Shown: piece after piece, positions 1 through 10,298 of the stretch | Numbering within the stretch: the first letter of the stretch is position 1 | Layout of the letters: each line of letters begins with the position of its first letter | Source of the DNA: a virus | Taxonomy: Duplodnaviria > Caudoviricetes | Direction: 5' to 3' (one strand) | Virus record (IMG/VR): IMGVR_UViG_2547132519_000001 | Span: 70,299-134,298 of that record | Length of the DNA stretch: 64,000 nt | The notes under the pieces: generated by a model | What the model saw: the letters and a program-made list of their open reading frames with translations, nothing else | What the model was told of the DNA's origin: nothing | Database searches by the model: none | Translations under genes and position numbers: made by a program

Positions 1-46
1 AATAGGGCGTAAAACTCACATTTGACTGTGAAAAGGGGAGGTACAG

Positions 47-334
47 ATGTTGATGAATGAATATGGAGATATAATTTTCATCACAAAGTATTATTATAGA
101 GACGATATAAACCCAAATACTACATTTTACAGCGACAGACTTTATCAGTGGGATTGGGAAAAATATAATAAGTGCCATAAAGAAATGTTTTGTAATTATG
201 ATTTTGCAAATATTGAAAAGTTCCTAAATCTATATTATCCAAACCGCAATTTGAAACTGATTTATGTTGAACAGCAAGAAAATGCAAGCAACGGATTTCC
301 ATATTGGAGATTCGAGTGTCACATGGATAAATAA
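47..334 (+). CDS. hypothetical phage protein
   Basis: 95-aa ORF with GGAGG SD. Confidence 0.7.
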   Translation: MLMNEYGDIIFITKYYYRDDINPNTTFYSDRLYQWDWEKYNKCHKEMFCNYDFANIEKFLNLYYPNRNLKLIYVEQQENASNGFPYWRFECHMDK

Positions 335-505
335 GAGTTTATCAATGTTGTATTTGATGAACAGGAGGTAAAATACATGAATAATTTTACAGAACAGATC
401 CCGGAGCATGTATCACCGGAAGTCAGAGATAAGTGCAACAATTAGTGGCGTAACTCTAATGCGTCATGATATAATAGGAAGAAAATGAAAAGGGTGGTAA
501 ATAAA

Positions 506-655
506 ATGCCAGTATTTATAATAATTATAGCTTGGATTATTTATTTGATCTGGGACAAATACCAAAGGGAAGTCCCATCATCAAAAAGGAATATTGATTT
601 TGTTAAGCGTTATAATGAGCTATACAAAGATATGCCTGATATGCAAATTAAGTAA
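506..655 (+). CDS. small membrane protein (49 aa)
   Basis: Read by hand: MPVFIIIIAWIIYLIWDKYQ..., hydrophobic N-terminus, upstream AAGGGTGG. Confidence 0.5.
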   Translation: MPVFIIIIAWIIYLIWDKYQREVPSSKRNIDFVKRYNELYKDMPDMQIK

Positions 656-667
656 AGGAGTGGTTAT

Positions 668-928
668 ATGGAGTGGAAAGATTTGAGTAACGAAGCAAAG
701 TCAATTATAGAGTGGGTAGAAGATCCACGCTCAAATAAAAGGCGGACGGTCGAGGTAGAACTAAATAAAGAATTTGTGTTTCCGATGAGTTTTGATGGCA
801 TGCCTAAAAGTATTATGGTTACAAAAGATTTGTACAAAGAAGTATTAAAGTTTGCGACTGAGGATAAAAACTTGTTTTGTGAACAATTTTTAGATGGATT
901 GATATTTAGTGCTCACGGTAAATGTTAG
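668..928 (+). CDS. hypothetical protein
   Basis: 86-aa ORF with AAGGAG SD. Confidence 0.7.
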   Translation: MEWKDLSNEAKSIIEWVEDPRSNKRRTVEVELNKEFVFPMSFDGMPKSIMVTKDLYKEVLKFATEDKNLFCEQFLDGLIFSAHGKC

Positions 929-1210
929 ATTTTATAGACTTACGCAATAAGGATAGGAAAGTAATTTTTCGATAAGTGCAATACTGGAACAAGGTGAAAT
1001 AGTAGATGATAGCGGAGAGTACGAGCGATATTATTCTGATTCTCCTGGTGGCGAATTTATTAGGTTAAAGATTATTAATTATGACGACAAATTATACGTA
1101 TACAAAGAAAAGGTAACTGAGGATAGACAGCTCAATAAAAAATCAGAATGCGTCGCATTTTATGAGTTAAAATGTGAGTAGAAACTATATTTGATGAAGG
1201 GAAGATAATT

Positions 1211-1438
1211 ATGTTCAGAGAATATATGCAAAAATTGTCAGATCAACAATTAATAGATGCATTTGGAGAACTACAAGACTCGCAAAGTTTGGGAATATTA
1301 AAACCTGGTGGAGAAGTAAGAAGGTTGATGGGAGTATATAAAGATTTTTATTCAACTACTGAACCTTCTATTTCAACGGTTGAGAAGGAAATTTATTATG
1401 AAATGGCTATGAGATATTACGTGGGAAAAGAACGGTAA
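1211..1438 (+). CDS. hypothetical protein
   Basis: 75-aa ORF with SD, bracketed by junction motifs at 1179 and 1436. Confidence 0.65.
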   Translation: MFREYMQKLSDQQLIDAFGELQDSQSLGILKPGGEVRRLMGVYKDFYSTTEPSISTVEKEIYYEMAMRYYVGKER

Positions 1439-1471
1439 AATGATTCTTTGATATAGATAAAAGGGGATAAA

Positions 1472-1780
1472 ATGTTTGGACTATTGCTTGCAGGATTATT
1501 TGGTAAAGGGGCTCATACGGCTTATAAAGATATAGAATTTGATGCAAAAGCTCAAGCAGCTGGTCATAGGCTGCTCATAGGCTGCAATTCATCGAATGAG
1601 GTTATTAGAACTAAATGCATTTTTTCTGATACTCCTGATATGCCTAGGTTAACAGATATAGAGCTTAGCACTATAGAAGAATGGTATAGTAAGAATGGCG
1701 GGGTAAGCAGAGAAATTATGATGGGTTATTATAAACAAACCGGCAAATTTTTATTTGATGCCGTAAGAGAAAAACAATAG
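1472..1780 (+). CDS. hypothetical protein
   Basis: 102-aa ORF with SD. Confidence 0.65.
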   Translation: MFGLLLAGLFGKGAHTAYKDIEFDAKAQAAGHRLLIGCNSSNEVIRTKCIFSDTPDMPRLTDIELSTIEEWYSKNGGVSREIMMGYYKQTGKFLFDAVREKQ

Positions 1781-1809
1781 AAAGCCACTGGATAAATCTG
1801 GTGGCTTTT
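1781..1809 (+). terminator. intrinsic terminator
   Basis: AAAGCCACTGGA-taaa-TCTGGTGGCTTTT hairpin directly after the stop codon. Confidence 0.7.
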
Positions 1810-1881
1810 ATGATGGTGAAATAGTATAATGGAGGGTATAGAGAGGTACAAAGTAGTGTAAGAAATTTAAGGAGATACTCT

Positions 1882-2040
1882 ATGAAAAGATATATGAATG
1901 AACCAGTAGATTATGTATTTACAGATGAGGACGTAGTTAAGGAGTATAAAAGATTTAGTGATATAAAAAGAACGGCCTCAGTGTTTTGTATAGATGCTAA
2001 GATCGTTAAACAAATCTTGAAGAAAAAGGGAGAAAGATAG
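1882..2040 (+). CDS. small hypothetical protein, possible HTH (52 aa)
   Basis: Read by hand: MKRYMNEPVDYVFTDEDVVKEYKRFSDIKRTASVF..., AAGGAG SD. Confidence 0.55.
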   Translation: MKRYMNEPVDYVFTDEDVVKEYKRFSDIKRTASVFCIDAKIVKQILKKKGER

Positions 2041-2053
2041 AAAGGAGATTTTT

Positions 2054-2326
2054 ATGAATTTTATACCTAAATTTGAGAATGGAAATAATGAAACTTTATT
2101 ATTAGATACTCCTTTTTATGTGGAATGTCTTAAGTACGCAGATGAACATAAATTAAATGTACTTTATACCGAAACGGAAAGCACTAGCGCAGTCGAGACG
2201 ATTCTAGAATTTAAAAAGCGTGGATACTCTCATGGATTATATGAAGTGCCTACGTTTGCACCAGGTGGGCTGAGATTGGGAAATAAGATATATTGTAGAT
2301 TTACTAGAAAAATAATTGATAAATAA
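2054..2326 (+). CDS. hypothetical protein
   Basis: 90-aa ORF with AAGGAG SD. Confidence 0.65.
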   Translation: MNFIPKFENGNNETLLLDTPFYVECLKYADEHKLNVLYTETESTSAVETILEFKKRGYSHGLYEVPTFAPGGLRLGNKIYCRFTRKIIDK

Positions 2327-2339
2327 AAAGGGAGGAAAA

Positions 2340-2729
2340 ATGGATAAAAAAGACTTTAATATAGGTCAAACTGTATACTTAAAAGTTATACCAGGAAGCA
2401 ATGCCTCAAGGTATATAGATAAATCCAATCCAGATGAATGGATTAAAGAACGGGTTGTAATAAAAATTGGAAGTAAGTTTCTAACGGTGGCTATTGATAA
2501 TGAAAATAGAGGCGGGGAGGAAAAATTTCATATCCAAAACATTTCTACTCATCGTCATGATGTTGGGCAAAATTATAAACTCTATTTAACCAAGGAATCA
2601 ATTTTAGAAGATCAAGAGTGTGAGAATTTGTATCGCAAAATAAAAAATGGATTCTCCGATTGGGGGAATGAAGGAAAATATTCATTGGATCAACTTAGAT
2701 GTATTATTAAAACGTTGGAGTTGAAATGA
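2340..2729 (+). CDS. hypothetical phage protein
   Basis: ORF track 2316..2729; start moved to the ATG after GGGAGG. Confidence 0.65.
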   Translation: MDKKDFNIGQTVYLKVIPGSNASRYIDKSNPDEWIKERVVIKIGSKFLTVAIDNENRGGEEKFHIQNISTHRHDVGQNYKLYLTKESILEDQECENLYRKIKNGFSDWGNEGKYSLDQLRCIIKTLELK

Positions 2730-2751
2730 TTATTTGATTGGAGGGATTACC

Positions 2752-3105
2752 ATAGGTTACGATATGTATTTGATTAAAGCCGACAAAAGGAAGTTAAGCA
2801 CTCTTGATGGTCTGAAGATATATTACGAAGAAATGGAAAGGGCTACAATATCTGATATAAATAGTTATGATCCCATATTGAGAAGGTTCCACAACGATAG
2901 AGAAGATTTAAGATGGGTATGGGAAGAATACAACTATATACCGAGTGATGTATTCTCCGATATTGTGAACTGGTTAAAAGAAAAGATAGAAAATGAAGAT
3001 TTCGAACCTGGTTATGATAGAATGTATAGAATGGTCTATGACAACATTAAGGATTGGTTGCCATTAAGAAAATATGAAGCAGTGTTTTTTGAAGAAGATG
3101 CTTAG
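2752..3105 (+). CDS. hypothetical phage protein (probable ATA start)
   Basis: ORF track 2734..3105; GGAGGG SD followed by ATA-GGT-TAC-GAT. Confidence 0.6.
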   Translation: MGYDMYLIKADKRKLSTLDGLKIYYEEMERATISDINSYDPILRRFHNDREDLRWVWEEYNYIPSDVFSDIVNWLKEKIENEDFEPGYDRMYRMVYDNIKDWLPLRKYEAVFFEEDA

Positions 3106-3140
3106 AACACATAAAATAATAGATTTATAGGAGGCTATCA

Positions 3141-3341
3141 GTGAGTGATAATATTTTTACTAAACCAGATAGACCATTTTTGTTATTAAGCGAAAACAAT
3201 AATTCTGTGGTTAGCTACTTTTGGTGCGAGACTGAAGAAGAGCTTCAAGAAGTTGCAAAAGATCTGATTGCAGATGGAGACAAAGTGATTGAATCTATCG
3301 AAATTGGAAGTTGTCGCGATATAGATATAAAAATCTTATAG
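3141..3341 (+). CDS. hypothetical protein
   Basis: 66-aa ORF, GGAGG SD, GTG start. Confidence 0.6.
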   Translation: MSDNIFTKPDRPFLLLSENNNSVVSYFWCETEEELQEVAKDLIADGDKVIESIEIGSCRDIDIKIL

Positions 3342-3349
3342 GAGATTTT

Positions 3350-3571
3350 ATTGAAAAAATCATAGCTACGTATAAAAATGCGGTTGAACAGGGGTTTGAC
3401 AGTATTGTACTTGTGATAGATGCAGATGTTGATGAGACATATTATATCAATGATACCGTAAATGGATTCCAGTGCGATAGTTTTGATTACTATTTTGATG
3501 ACTTAGGTTCAGTTGCTGAGGAATTGTTTAACAGAATAAATGGTAATGTTACTGAAATAAAAATAGAATAG
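3350..3571 (+). CDS. hypothetical protein (probable ATT start)
   Basis: ORF track 3311..3571; AGGAG SD precedes ATT at 3350. Confidence 0.55.
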   Translation: MEKIIATYKNAVEQGFDSIVLVIDADVDETYYINDTVNGFQCDSFDYYFDDLGSVAEELFNRINGNVTEIKIE

Positions 3572-3584
3572 GGGAAACAGTAAG

Positions 3585-3842
3585 ATGAAAACGTTATGTG
3601 ATTTAGAAGAGATGAAGAACAAAGGGCACGATTCTTATGAAAATTATTATGATTATTTTATCGCATACTTATCACATTGCTACGTGTCTAAACTGAGCGG
3701 ATTTGCAATTGTAAAATCAGAATTGTCAAAATGGGATAATGAGTCTCAATTTGTTATATTAACAAAGCTGATTGAAGAATTGAGAGAGATGGATATGCAG
3801 TCTGGGTATGATAAACTATTAGAGTTGTTAAATGAAAATTGA
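3585..3842 (+). CDS. hypothetical protein
   Basis: 85-aa ORF. Confidence 0.6.
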   Translation: MKTLCDLEEMKNKGHDSYENYYDYFIAYLSHCYVSKLSGFAIVKSELSKWDNESQFVILTKLIEELREMDMQSGYDKLLELLNEN

Positions 3843-4041
3843 GATTCAAGGAGGAAACCAAGTGAATAGCTTTGAAAAGGAACAAGATAAAATTTTAATG
3901 TTAGAAAAGATGAAAGAAGATTTCTGGGAAACTAAGACTAATGAAGATTCATCATACGAAGAAGTAGAAAGAGATTTTAATGAAATGATAATAGCACATG
4001 AGGCTGATGAAAGAGAAATGGGTATAGAAGAAGATGTATAA
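3832..4041 (+). CDS. hypothetical acidic protein
   Basis: 69-aa ORF; true start may be the GTG after GGAGG. Confidence 0.55.
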   Translation: MKIEIQGGNQVNSFEKEQDKILMLEKMKEDFWETKTNEDSSYEEVERDFNEMIIAHEADEREMGIEEDV

Positions 4042-4230
4042 GATGGAAGATTAAAATCTAAGATTTAAGGCGTTGTTTTCATAAAATTTTAAGGCGGATT
4101 TAGACACTAACGAAAGATCCTATTATAATTGGATAGGAAATATACCGGTGTCTAATTGTGATGTATACTCAGCAAAAGGATATGTGATTTTGCAAAGGCA
4201 AGATGAAGTTTTAATATAAGAGGTGTAATT

Positions 4231-4635
4231 TTGATAAACGAAAATCAAGTTGTTGACTATATCTGTAAATATTTAGAGGACAATAAATATACTGTTGATG
4301 AGCATCGAAATACCTATGAAAGGGGTTATGACATTGTCGCATTTAGCAAAGACGGTAAAAAGCTAATTATTGAAGCCAAGGGTGGTACAAGTTCAAAGCC
4401 TGGAACAAATCGTTTTGGGAAGGATTTTGATAGTAAACAAGTTAGACATCATATTGCTATGGCACTTTATGCGGTTGGTAAAGCCATAACCTCTGATCCG
4501 GAATGTGAAGTTGGTATTGCAATACCTAAAAACGATGAACACATAAAGGCTTTGAAAAGAATACGGAAGGTTATTGATGTTCTGACGATTAGAGTTTATT
4601 GGGTTTCCTCTAATGGTGAAGTTACTGTTGAATAA
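4231..4635 (+). CDS. PD-(D/E)XK restriction-endonuclease-fold protein
   Basis: Motifs E..V, GYDIVA, IIEAKG. Confidence 0.7.
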   Translation: MINENQVVDYICKYLEDNKYTVDEHRNTYERGYDIVAFSKDGKKLIIEAKGGTSSKPGTNRFGKDFDSKQVRHHIAMALYAVGKAITSDPECEVGIAIPKNDEHIKALKRIRKVIDVLTIRVYWVSSNGEVTVE

Positions 4636-4678
4636 TCATAATGAAACTAGGGATTTATTTAAAAAGAGGGGATTATCT

Positions 4679-5269
4679 GTGAAATTACTTAATTACTACC
4701 GCACCATTGAAAAATTCTGGCATATTGGGGAGAAATGGGATAAATTATCTCCTTCAGAAAAAAACGCTATTGAGTTTGCTCACACAAATATAAATCCAGA
4801 ACCAAATCGAATGGCTGCTGATGGAATTCACTACTCTTTAGAATATTGTCTTGCACATTCGGGGGAAAGAATCAATGAAAGATATCGTCGTGACAGGCCA
4901 GATCCGATTGATTTACAGATTGCTGATATGATTGCTAACCATAGAACTAAAATTCCCGTCGTACTTTATCGGGGCGTATGTGAAGCTGTCTTTCGTAAGA
5001 TGTGTGAAAATGCACAACATATAGACAATGCTGATTTTTATGAAAAAGCATTTTTACAAACATCTCTTGTAAAAGGACATGAAATCAAGTCACAATACCA
5101 CTTGAGAATCTACGTACCAGAGGGGGCACAGGCAATTTATTTGGGAAATGTGAACTACGAACAGAAATACTATGAAGTAGTTTTGCAGTGTGGATCAAGG
5201 CTCAAAATCATTTCCATGGACAATAAATATATAAATTGTAGGCTTTTATTAGAATATGAATATAAATAA
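4679..5269 (+). CDS. ADP-ribosyltransferase (VIP2/C3-like R-S-E fold)
   Basis: VLYRGV, FLQTSL, YYEVVL motifs; GTG start after GAGGGG SD (ORF track 4613..5269). Confidence 0.7.
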   Translation: MKLLNYYRTIEKFWHIGEKWDKLSPSEKNAIEFAHTNINPEPNRMAADGIHYSLEYCLAHSGERINERYRRDRPDPIDLQIADMIANHRTKIPVVLYRGVCEAVFRKMCENAQHIDNADFYEKAFLQTSLVKGHEIKSQYHLRIYVPEGAQAIYLGNVNYEQKYYEVVLQCGSRLKIISMDNKYINCRLLLEYEYK

Positions 5270-5293
5270 TTGATTTAATATTATGGGGGAAGC

Positions 5294-6619
5294 ATGGATA
5301 CAACTGACGATATTCTGAATAGACAAGTTTTTCTGGAAAACCTAAAAAAAATAGTGGAGATGCTATCTAATGAAAGAAAAAGTAGCACGTTTGCAATTAA
5401 CGGTGAATGGGGAAGTGGTAAATCGTTCGTACTAAAACGCTTTATAGAAGATATTGAAAATATTCAATCAGAAGATACGGTGTCGGAGAAATATTTAGTA
5501 TTTTATTATGATTGTTGGAAATATGATTATTATGAAGAACCATTAATCGCAATTATAGCAGCGATGTTTGAAATGGCAGAAGAAAAGTTAAAGTTTCTTA
5601 GTACAACATATGATAAAACAATGAAAGCGACTTGGAATACTGTAAAGAATAGCTTGGAAACTATAGCTGGAGAGTTTTGTAAAAGCAAAATAGGATTTGA
5701 TCCATATAAGTTTATAGGTGATGTAAAAAAGGAATATAAGGAGGTAACAAATAGTAGACACGAATTTGATAATATGTTTTCTTTTAAATTAACTCTTGAT
5801 ACTATAAAAAAACAATTGCAGAGATTAGCAAATAATCATACTATTATTATTATAGTTGATGAAATCGACAGATGCTTGCCAGTATATGCGATTAAAATAC
5901 TCGAGCGATTGCATCATACTTTTTTTGATATTAAAAATGTTATAGTGATAATAGCAGTTGATGGTGATCAATTGGATAATACAATCAAACAAATTTATGG
6001 GCAAAATACCAACGTCAATAGATATCTTAAAAAATTTATAGATTTCAAATTAAACTTAGATATAGGCAAGACTAATTTAAATTATGCAGAAAAATATTTA
6101 TCTTATTTTAGTAAATTCTATGTTAACTCAGAATTATATGAAGTAATGGAGGTCCTAGCAAGTTTACTTGATAATATTGATATGAGAACACAAGAAAAGT
6201 TGTTCAATAAGGCCGATACTATACATAGGATTGTTAGTAGTGAGAAAAATGATATCTCTTTGTTATTTTTTGAAATGATGTGGATAATTTTGACTTATAA
6301 ACAAGATTCTCAAAATCTTAGGTGGGTAGTAAGTGGGGATAACAGTTTTAAAATTACTAGAAGTGAAAATGACATGGAAATTAAAATTAAGGAAATTGCT
6401 GATCAATATTGTGGGCCTTCTTGCGCAAGAATTGATGGTAAAGATTATTTAATTGTTAAAAATTCAGCGGTGGGTAAGTCGTTTTTTTACTTATCTTCAA
6501 TATACAATAATTTAGAAAATGGTACTTGTGGAATCCACTTTTTTGATAACGCAAATGAATTAATGGATGAAATATTAAAGGCTCAGAATTTTGTTTCTCT
6601 GACGTACCTAATTCAATAA
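5294..6619 (+). CDS. KAP-family P-loop NTPase
   Basis: Walker A GEWGSGKS, Walker B IIVDEIDRC, YLKKFID. Confidence 0.85.
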   Translation: MDTTDDILNRQVFLENLKKIVEMLSNERKSSTFAINGEWGSGKSFVLKRFIEDIENIQSEDTVSEKYLVFYYDCWKYDYYEEPLIAIIAAMFEMAEEKLKFLSTTYDKTMKATWNTVKNSLETIAGEFCKSKIGFDPYKFIGDVKKEYKEVTNSRHEFDNMFSFKLTLDTIKKQLQRLANNHTIIIIVDEIDRCLPVYAIKILERLHHTFFDIKNVIVIIAVDGDQLDNTIKQIYGQNTNVNRYLKKFIDFKLNLDIGKTNLNYAEKYLSYFSKFYVNSELYEVMEVLASLLDNIDMRTQEKLFNKADTIHRIVSSEKNDISLLFFEMMWIILTYKQDSQNLRWVVSGDNSFKITRSENDMEIKIKEIADQYCGPSCARIDGKDYLIVKNSAVGKSFFYLSSIYNNLENGTCGIHFFDNANELMDEILKAQNFVSLTYLIQ

Positions 6620-6715
6620 AATCATCGTTTTACGAGATTAGAAATAAACACTTGTCAAGACATTAGCGTCTTGTGGGTTGAAAATGTTGGTTTAGTAGGG
6701 TTTGTAAATAGTTAG

Positions 6716-6748
6716 AAGGCATTGGAGAATTATTATCCAGTGCCTTTT
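6716..6748 (+). terminator. intrinsic terminator
   Basis: AAGGCATTGGA...TCCAGTGCCTTTT hairpin. Confidence 0.6.
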
Positions 6749-6894
6749 ATAGTATCTATAAATTAGTGATCAGGAAAGGAAGTAAATATTATGCAAACAC
6801 AATCAATAGAAAACGCACAGAGTAATGTGATTCAATTGTAAGCGCTACATAAAGAAGTGTATTGATCTTTCTGGATTTTTCACCTCTCGAAAAA

Positions 6895-8496
6895 TCAAAT
6901 AGTACCTTTATTCAAGCCACAGGATTTTTGCATTGCTTCTGACCAAGGCATCAGTTCTTCCAGGATACTATCGGGCTCATTTTTGTAGTCCAGCATCTTA
7001 GTCATAACTGTTTCCAGATAAAGACGGATGTTTAATCCATTTGCTTTGGCTGTTTCTGCAAGCGTGTAAACAATTGCACTTGCTTTGGCACCTTTTACAG
7101 TGTCATGAAAGAGGAAGTTTTTTCTTCCCATAACATATGATTTCACGGCTCTTTCAGCTGCGTTATTACTAATGGAGCATCTTCCATCAAGGAGGTAATT
7201 CTCCATATACGATTTTTGGTTTTGGGCATAGTTAATTGCCTTGGCAAGCTTTGATCCGCCAAGGGCATTTATCCCATTCACCCACTTCCAGAATGCATCC
7301 AGTACAGGTCGCTCCAGTTCAAGACGCTTTTTCTGTCGCTCTTCTGGTTCTAAGTCTTTCAGTTCTTTCTCTATCTGAAAGAGTTGGTTGCAGTAGGAAT
7401 AGCCTGTGTAGGCTTCAGATTTTTCGGAGCATGATCCCTTCTTCTTGGGAATCGCTTCGAACATATATCTTCGAAGATGTGCCCAGCACCCGCATCGGGT
7501 AATGTCACTCAAACGGTTGTATCCGCTGAAGCCGTCCGTATGGACAAACCCGTGATAATCAGCAAGGAACTTTGCTGCATGATAGCCGCCCCTTGATGGT
7601 TGATACTCGTAAAGCACAATCCGGTGCTCTTCAAATGCACCGCTGGTGTACAACCATATGTAAGACTTTGATTCTGGAGTCTTGCCATCTTCATTCAAAA
7701 CCTGGCATGTCGTCTCGTCTACATGAATGACGGACTGCCTAAGAAGATACTCATGATATCTCTCATAAACGGGTTCCAGATATTCTTCTGCGCATGTATT
7801 GAACCAGCTGGCAATGGTTCCACGATTCAGCTTGACTCCCAGCTGTGCCCAATCCTGCTCCTGACGATAAAACGGAAGATAGTTCGTACACTTCTGATAC
7901 ATGATGTAAGAGACCGCTGTAGCAGAAGCCATACTGTGATTGATGAGTGGCTTTGGCACAGGTGCCTTCTCAATGGTTGAATCACCATCTTCACGGCACT
8001 GTGGACATGCATAGCTATGCTGTACGTATTGGACACGTTCCACTTTTGCTGGAGTGATATGAATCTCTTCACGAACAACTTTGGAGCCGATATCTTCCAT
8101 TTTAGTATTACAGTAAGGGCAGTTACGAGAATCACCTTCCAGTAAAAGCTCAATGGTCCTTATCGGTACATTTTTTGTAAGTTCATCATGCGTAGCACGG
8201 GATTTTTTCTTCTCATGCGCTGTCACATTGATCATTTCCGGTTCGTGAACGTGTTCATCAATTCCCAACTGATCGAACAAGCTGAGTTGTCCGTCAATGT
8301 AAGGTAAGTTCGATGATTTCTCACTGGAAATACCAAAGATTTTTCGTTTCAGTTCATTAATTGTTTCCGTGAGGTTTGCAATGGTCTGGTTTAATTGTTC
8401 CATCTGATGATCTTTTGCTTCCAGCTGTTTGAGCAGATTACTGACCAGCAGATTCATGTTAAGATCTTCGGTTTCAACAGACTTTTTCATGACCAT
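6895..8496 (-). CDS. tnpC: IS66 transposase TnpC
   Basis: Leucine-zipper N-terminus, CPYC/CPQC Zn finger, HVDET, HTDGFSGY, CWAHLRR, NNAAER. Confidence 0.95.
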   Translation of the reverse strand: MVMKKSVETEDLNMNLLVSNLLKQLEAKDHQMEQLNQTIANLTETINELKRKIFGISSEKSSNLPYIDGQLSLFDQLGIDEHVHEPEMINVTAHEKKKSRATHDELTKNVPIRTIELLLEGDSRNCPYCNTKMEDIGSKVVREEIHITPAKVERVQYVQHSYACPQCREDGDSTIEKAPVPKPLINHSMASATAVSYIMYQKCTNYLPFYRQEQDWAQLGVKLNRGTIASWFNTCAEEYLEPVYERYHEYLLRQSVIHVDETTCQVLNEDGKTPESKSYIWLYTSGAFEEHRIVLYEYQPSRGGYHAAKFLADYHGFVHTDGFSGYNRLSDITRCGCWAHLRRYMFEAIPKKKGSCSEKSEAYTGYSYCNQLFQIEKELKDLEPEERQKKRLELERPVLDAFWKWVNGINALGGSKLAKAINYAQNQKSYMENYLLDGRCSISNNAAERAVKSYVMGRKNFLFHDTVKGAKASAIVYTLAETAKANGLNIRLYLETVMTKMLDYKNEPDSILEELMPWSEAMQKSCGLNKGTI

Positions 8497-8584
8497 GTAC
8501 CTCCTTGAATGATATACTTATTATACCACAAAGGAGACCGCAAAGCCAGTAAATAAGCGGTTCTGCGTGTACTTTATCAGATGC

Positions 8585-8938
8585 TTAAAAGGGCTTTTTG
8601 GCAACGGGTTTAATTGCCTTTGGCTGCTCAATAGAAAGACCTTCCATAAGCCAACGGAATTCCTGTCTGGTCAAATTTCTAACATCTTCTGAATTACGTG
8701 GCCACTGGAAACGGCCGGAATCTAACCGTTTATAAAGTAACACAAAACCATCTTTGTCAAAATGCAGTGCCTTCAGTCTGTCGCATCTTTTTCCGCAGAA
8801 AAGAAAAAGGGAATTACTGAAAGGATCTAACTCATAGGTATCCCGGACAATTGCCATAAGACCGTCTATGCTACGCCTCATATCGGTGTAGCCGGCCACA
8901 AGAAATATCTTTGCCACGCCGGAGAGATCACCTAGCAC
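8585..8938 (-). CDS. tnpB: IS66 accessory protein TnpB
   Basis: TDMRRSIDGL, LFLFCG, KRLDSGRFQWP. Confidence 0.95.
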   Translation of the reverse strand: MLGDLSGVAKIFLVAGYTDMRRSIDGLMAIVRDTYELDPFSNSLFLFCGKRCDRLKALHFDKDGFVLLYKRLDSGRFQWPRNSEDVRNLTRQEFRWLMEGLSIEQPKAIKPVAKKPF

Positions 8939-9297
8939 AGTTGTCGCAACGCATTTAATGTTGCTGTAATAATGGCGGCATCTGCATTGTTACTGATAGC
9001 CAAAACAAAGCCATTGTATTCCAGATGGATTGCAATCCGATCCGTTTGTTTTTTAGGAAGAACTGCTTTTGTTTCTTGCAGTTCGTTGTAGTGAATTGGT
9101 ACAACTTCTGTTTTCTCTAGAACTTTTGGAACAGAGTCAGGAATCATAGAGGCTTTCTTCCTCAGCCGCTTTATATTGTAATAAAAAGAGCTGGTAGGTA
9201 TACCATTCTGACTGCACCAGGCGTAATCAGATAAGCCGCTTACGCGGCACTGCTGGATGCAATCCATCCAGTATTCATCTTTTTGAGCTTTTGTCAT
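8932..9297 (-). CDS. tnpA: IS66 accessory protein TnpA
   Basis: SGLSDYAWCSQNGIPTSSFYY HTH-like segment; position upstream of tnpB. Confidence 0.9.
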   Translation of the reverse strand: MTKAQKDEYWMDCIQQCRVSGLSDYAWCSQNGIPTSSFYYNIKRLRKKASMIPDSVPKVLEKTEVVPIHYNELQETKAVLPKKQTDRIAIHLEYNGFVLAISNNADAAIITATLNALRQLC

Positions 9298-10298
9298 ATT
9301 TTAAAATCCTCCAAGAAAATATGGAGTAAAATGATACAAAAGTTTGAAGTAAAATAGCAGTGAAATGCTACAACCTTTGTTGTTCAAGAACAGAACTTAG
9401 AGTGAATTACTCCAACTGTCCTTATTTTACAGCAAAAAAAGTCAATTAGCACGACGGTAGATTATGTTGCGCTTACATTCAATTAGAGGTAGTTAAGAAG
9501 TCAAAACAGAATCCAAAGCTGAAGACAGACGGAGCAGAAAAGCAGACTCCTAATAATAATTCTGTAGATCGTTGGGTATACCCCATTAGAGAAAAATCAG
9601 ATGTTAAAAAGTGTATTGATTATTTACATGAGAAAGCATTGTCAGCAACCAGGTTGGACACACAAAGAGCTGCATATCGTGATTGGTTTCTTTTTGTCGT
9701 TGGAATCAATGTTGGATTACGTGTGTCAGATTTGACTCGGCTTAAATGGGATAATATTTTTGAGGCTGACATGAAAACTTTTGTCGATGGAAGAAATAAA
9801 GAAGAACAGAAAACTGGTAAAATGAAATTAATCTGTCCAAACGAATATATGAAGAAAGTAGTCAAAGAGTATTTGTATTTCTCTGACGTTGAACCAAAAG
9901 CTGACAAGTACGTGTTCCTGTCTGGGAGAAAGAATAAAGACGGGGGATATTCGCAGATTTCGGATGCAGCCGTTGAGAAAATGATTAAGGAAGTAACAGG
10001 GGCTTGTGGCATCACAGGAACCTACAACACTCATAGTCTTAGGAAAACCTATGCTTATCACAAGTATATGATGTATGTGCGGAATAATGATCCTCTCTCT
10101 CTAGTTAAGGTACAGAAGGATCTAAATCATAGGAATAGCAGCGATACGGCTAGGTATCTTGGTATTACGAGAGACGAGCAGATTAAAAGTAGTATGGAAC
10201 TTGGAGAATATTGGGATTTATAATGGAATAGAGGCTTGAAGTGTGGTAAAATAGAGGAAAATAAGTAATTGCGGCAATATAGAAAGGAGGAGTTGTAC

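Larger units (their letters stand above)
6838..9476 (-). mobile_element. IS66-family insertion sequence, complete
   Basis: Terminal IRs GTAAGCGCTACATAA / GTAAGCGCAACATAA; 8-bp TSD ATTCAATT at 6830-6837 and 9477-9484; tnpA-tnpB-tnpC; visibly higher GC than flanks. Confidence 0.95.
6791..10223 (+). pseudogene. tyrosine recombinase (261 aa when reconstructed) interrupted by IS66
   Basis: 6791..6837 joined to 9485..10223 gives one open frame (MQTQSIENAQSNVIQLEVVKKSKQ...). Catalytic motifs GLRVSDL, HSLRKT, LNH, TARYLG. Confidence 0.85.

Noticed and set aside
7236-8153. Short ORFs inside the IS66 transposase
   Set aside because: Shadow frames of tnpC with no SD or motifs.
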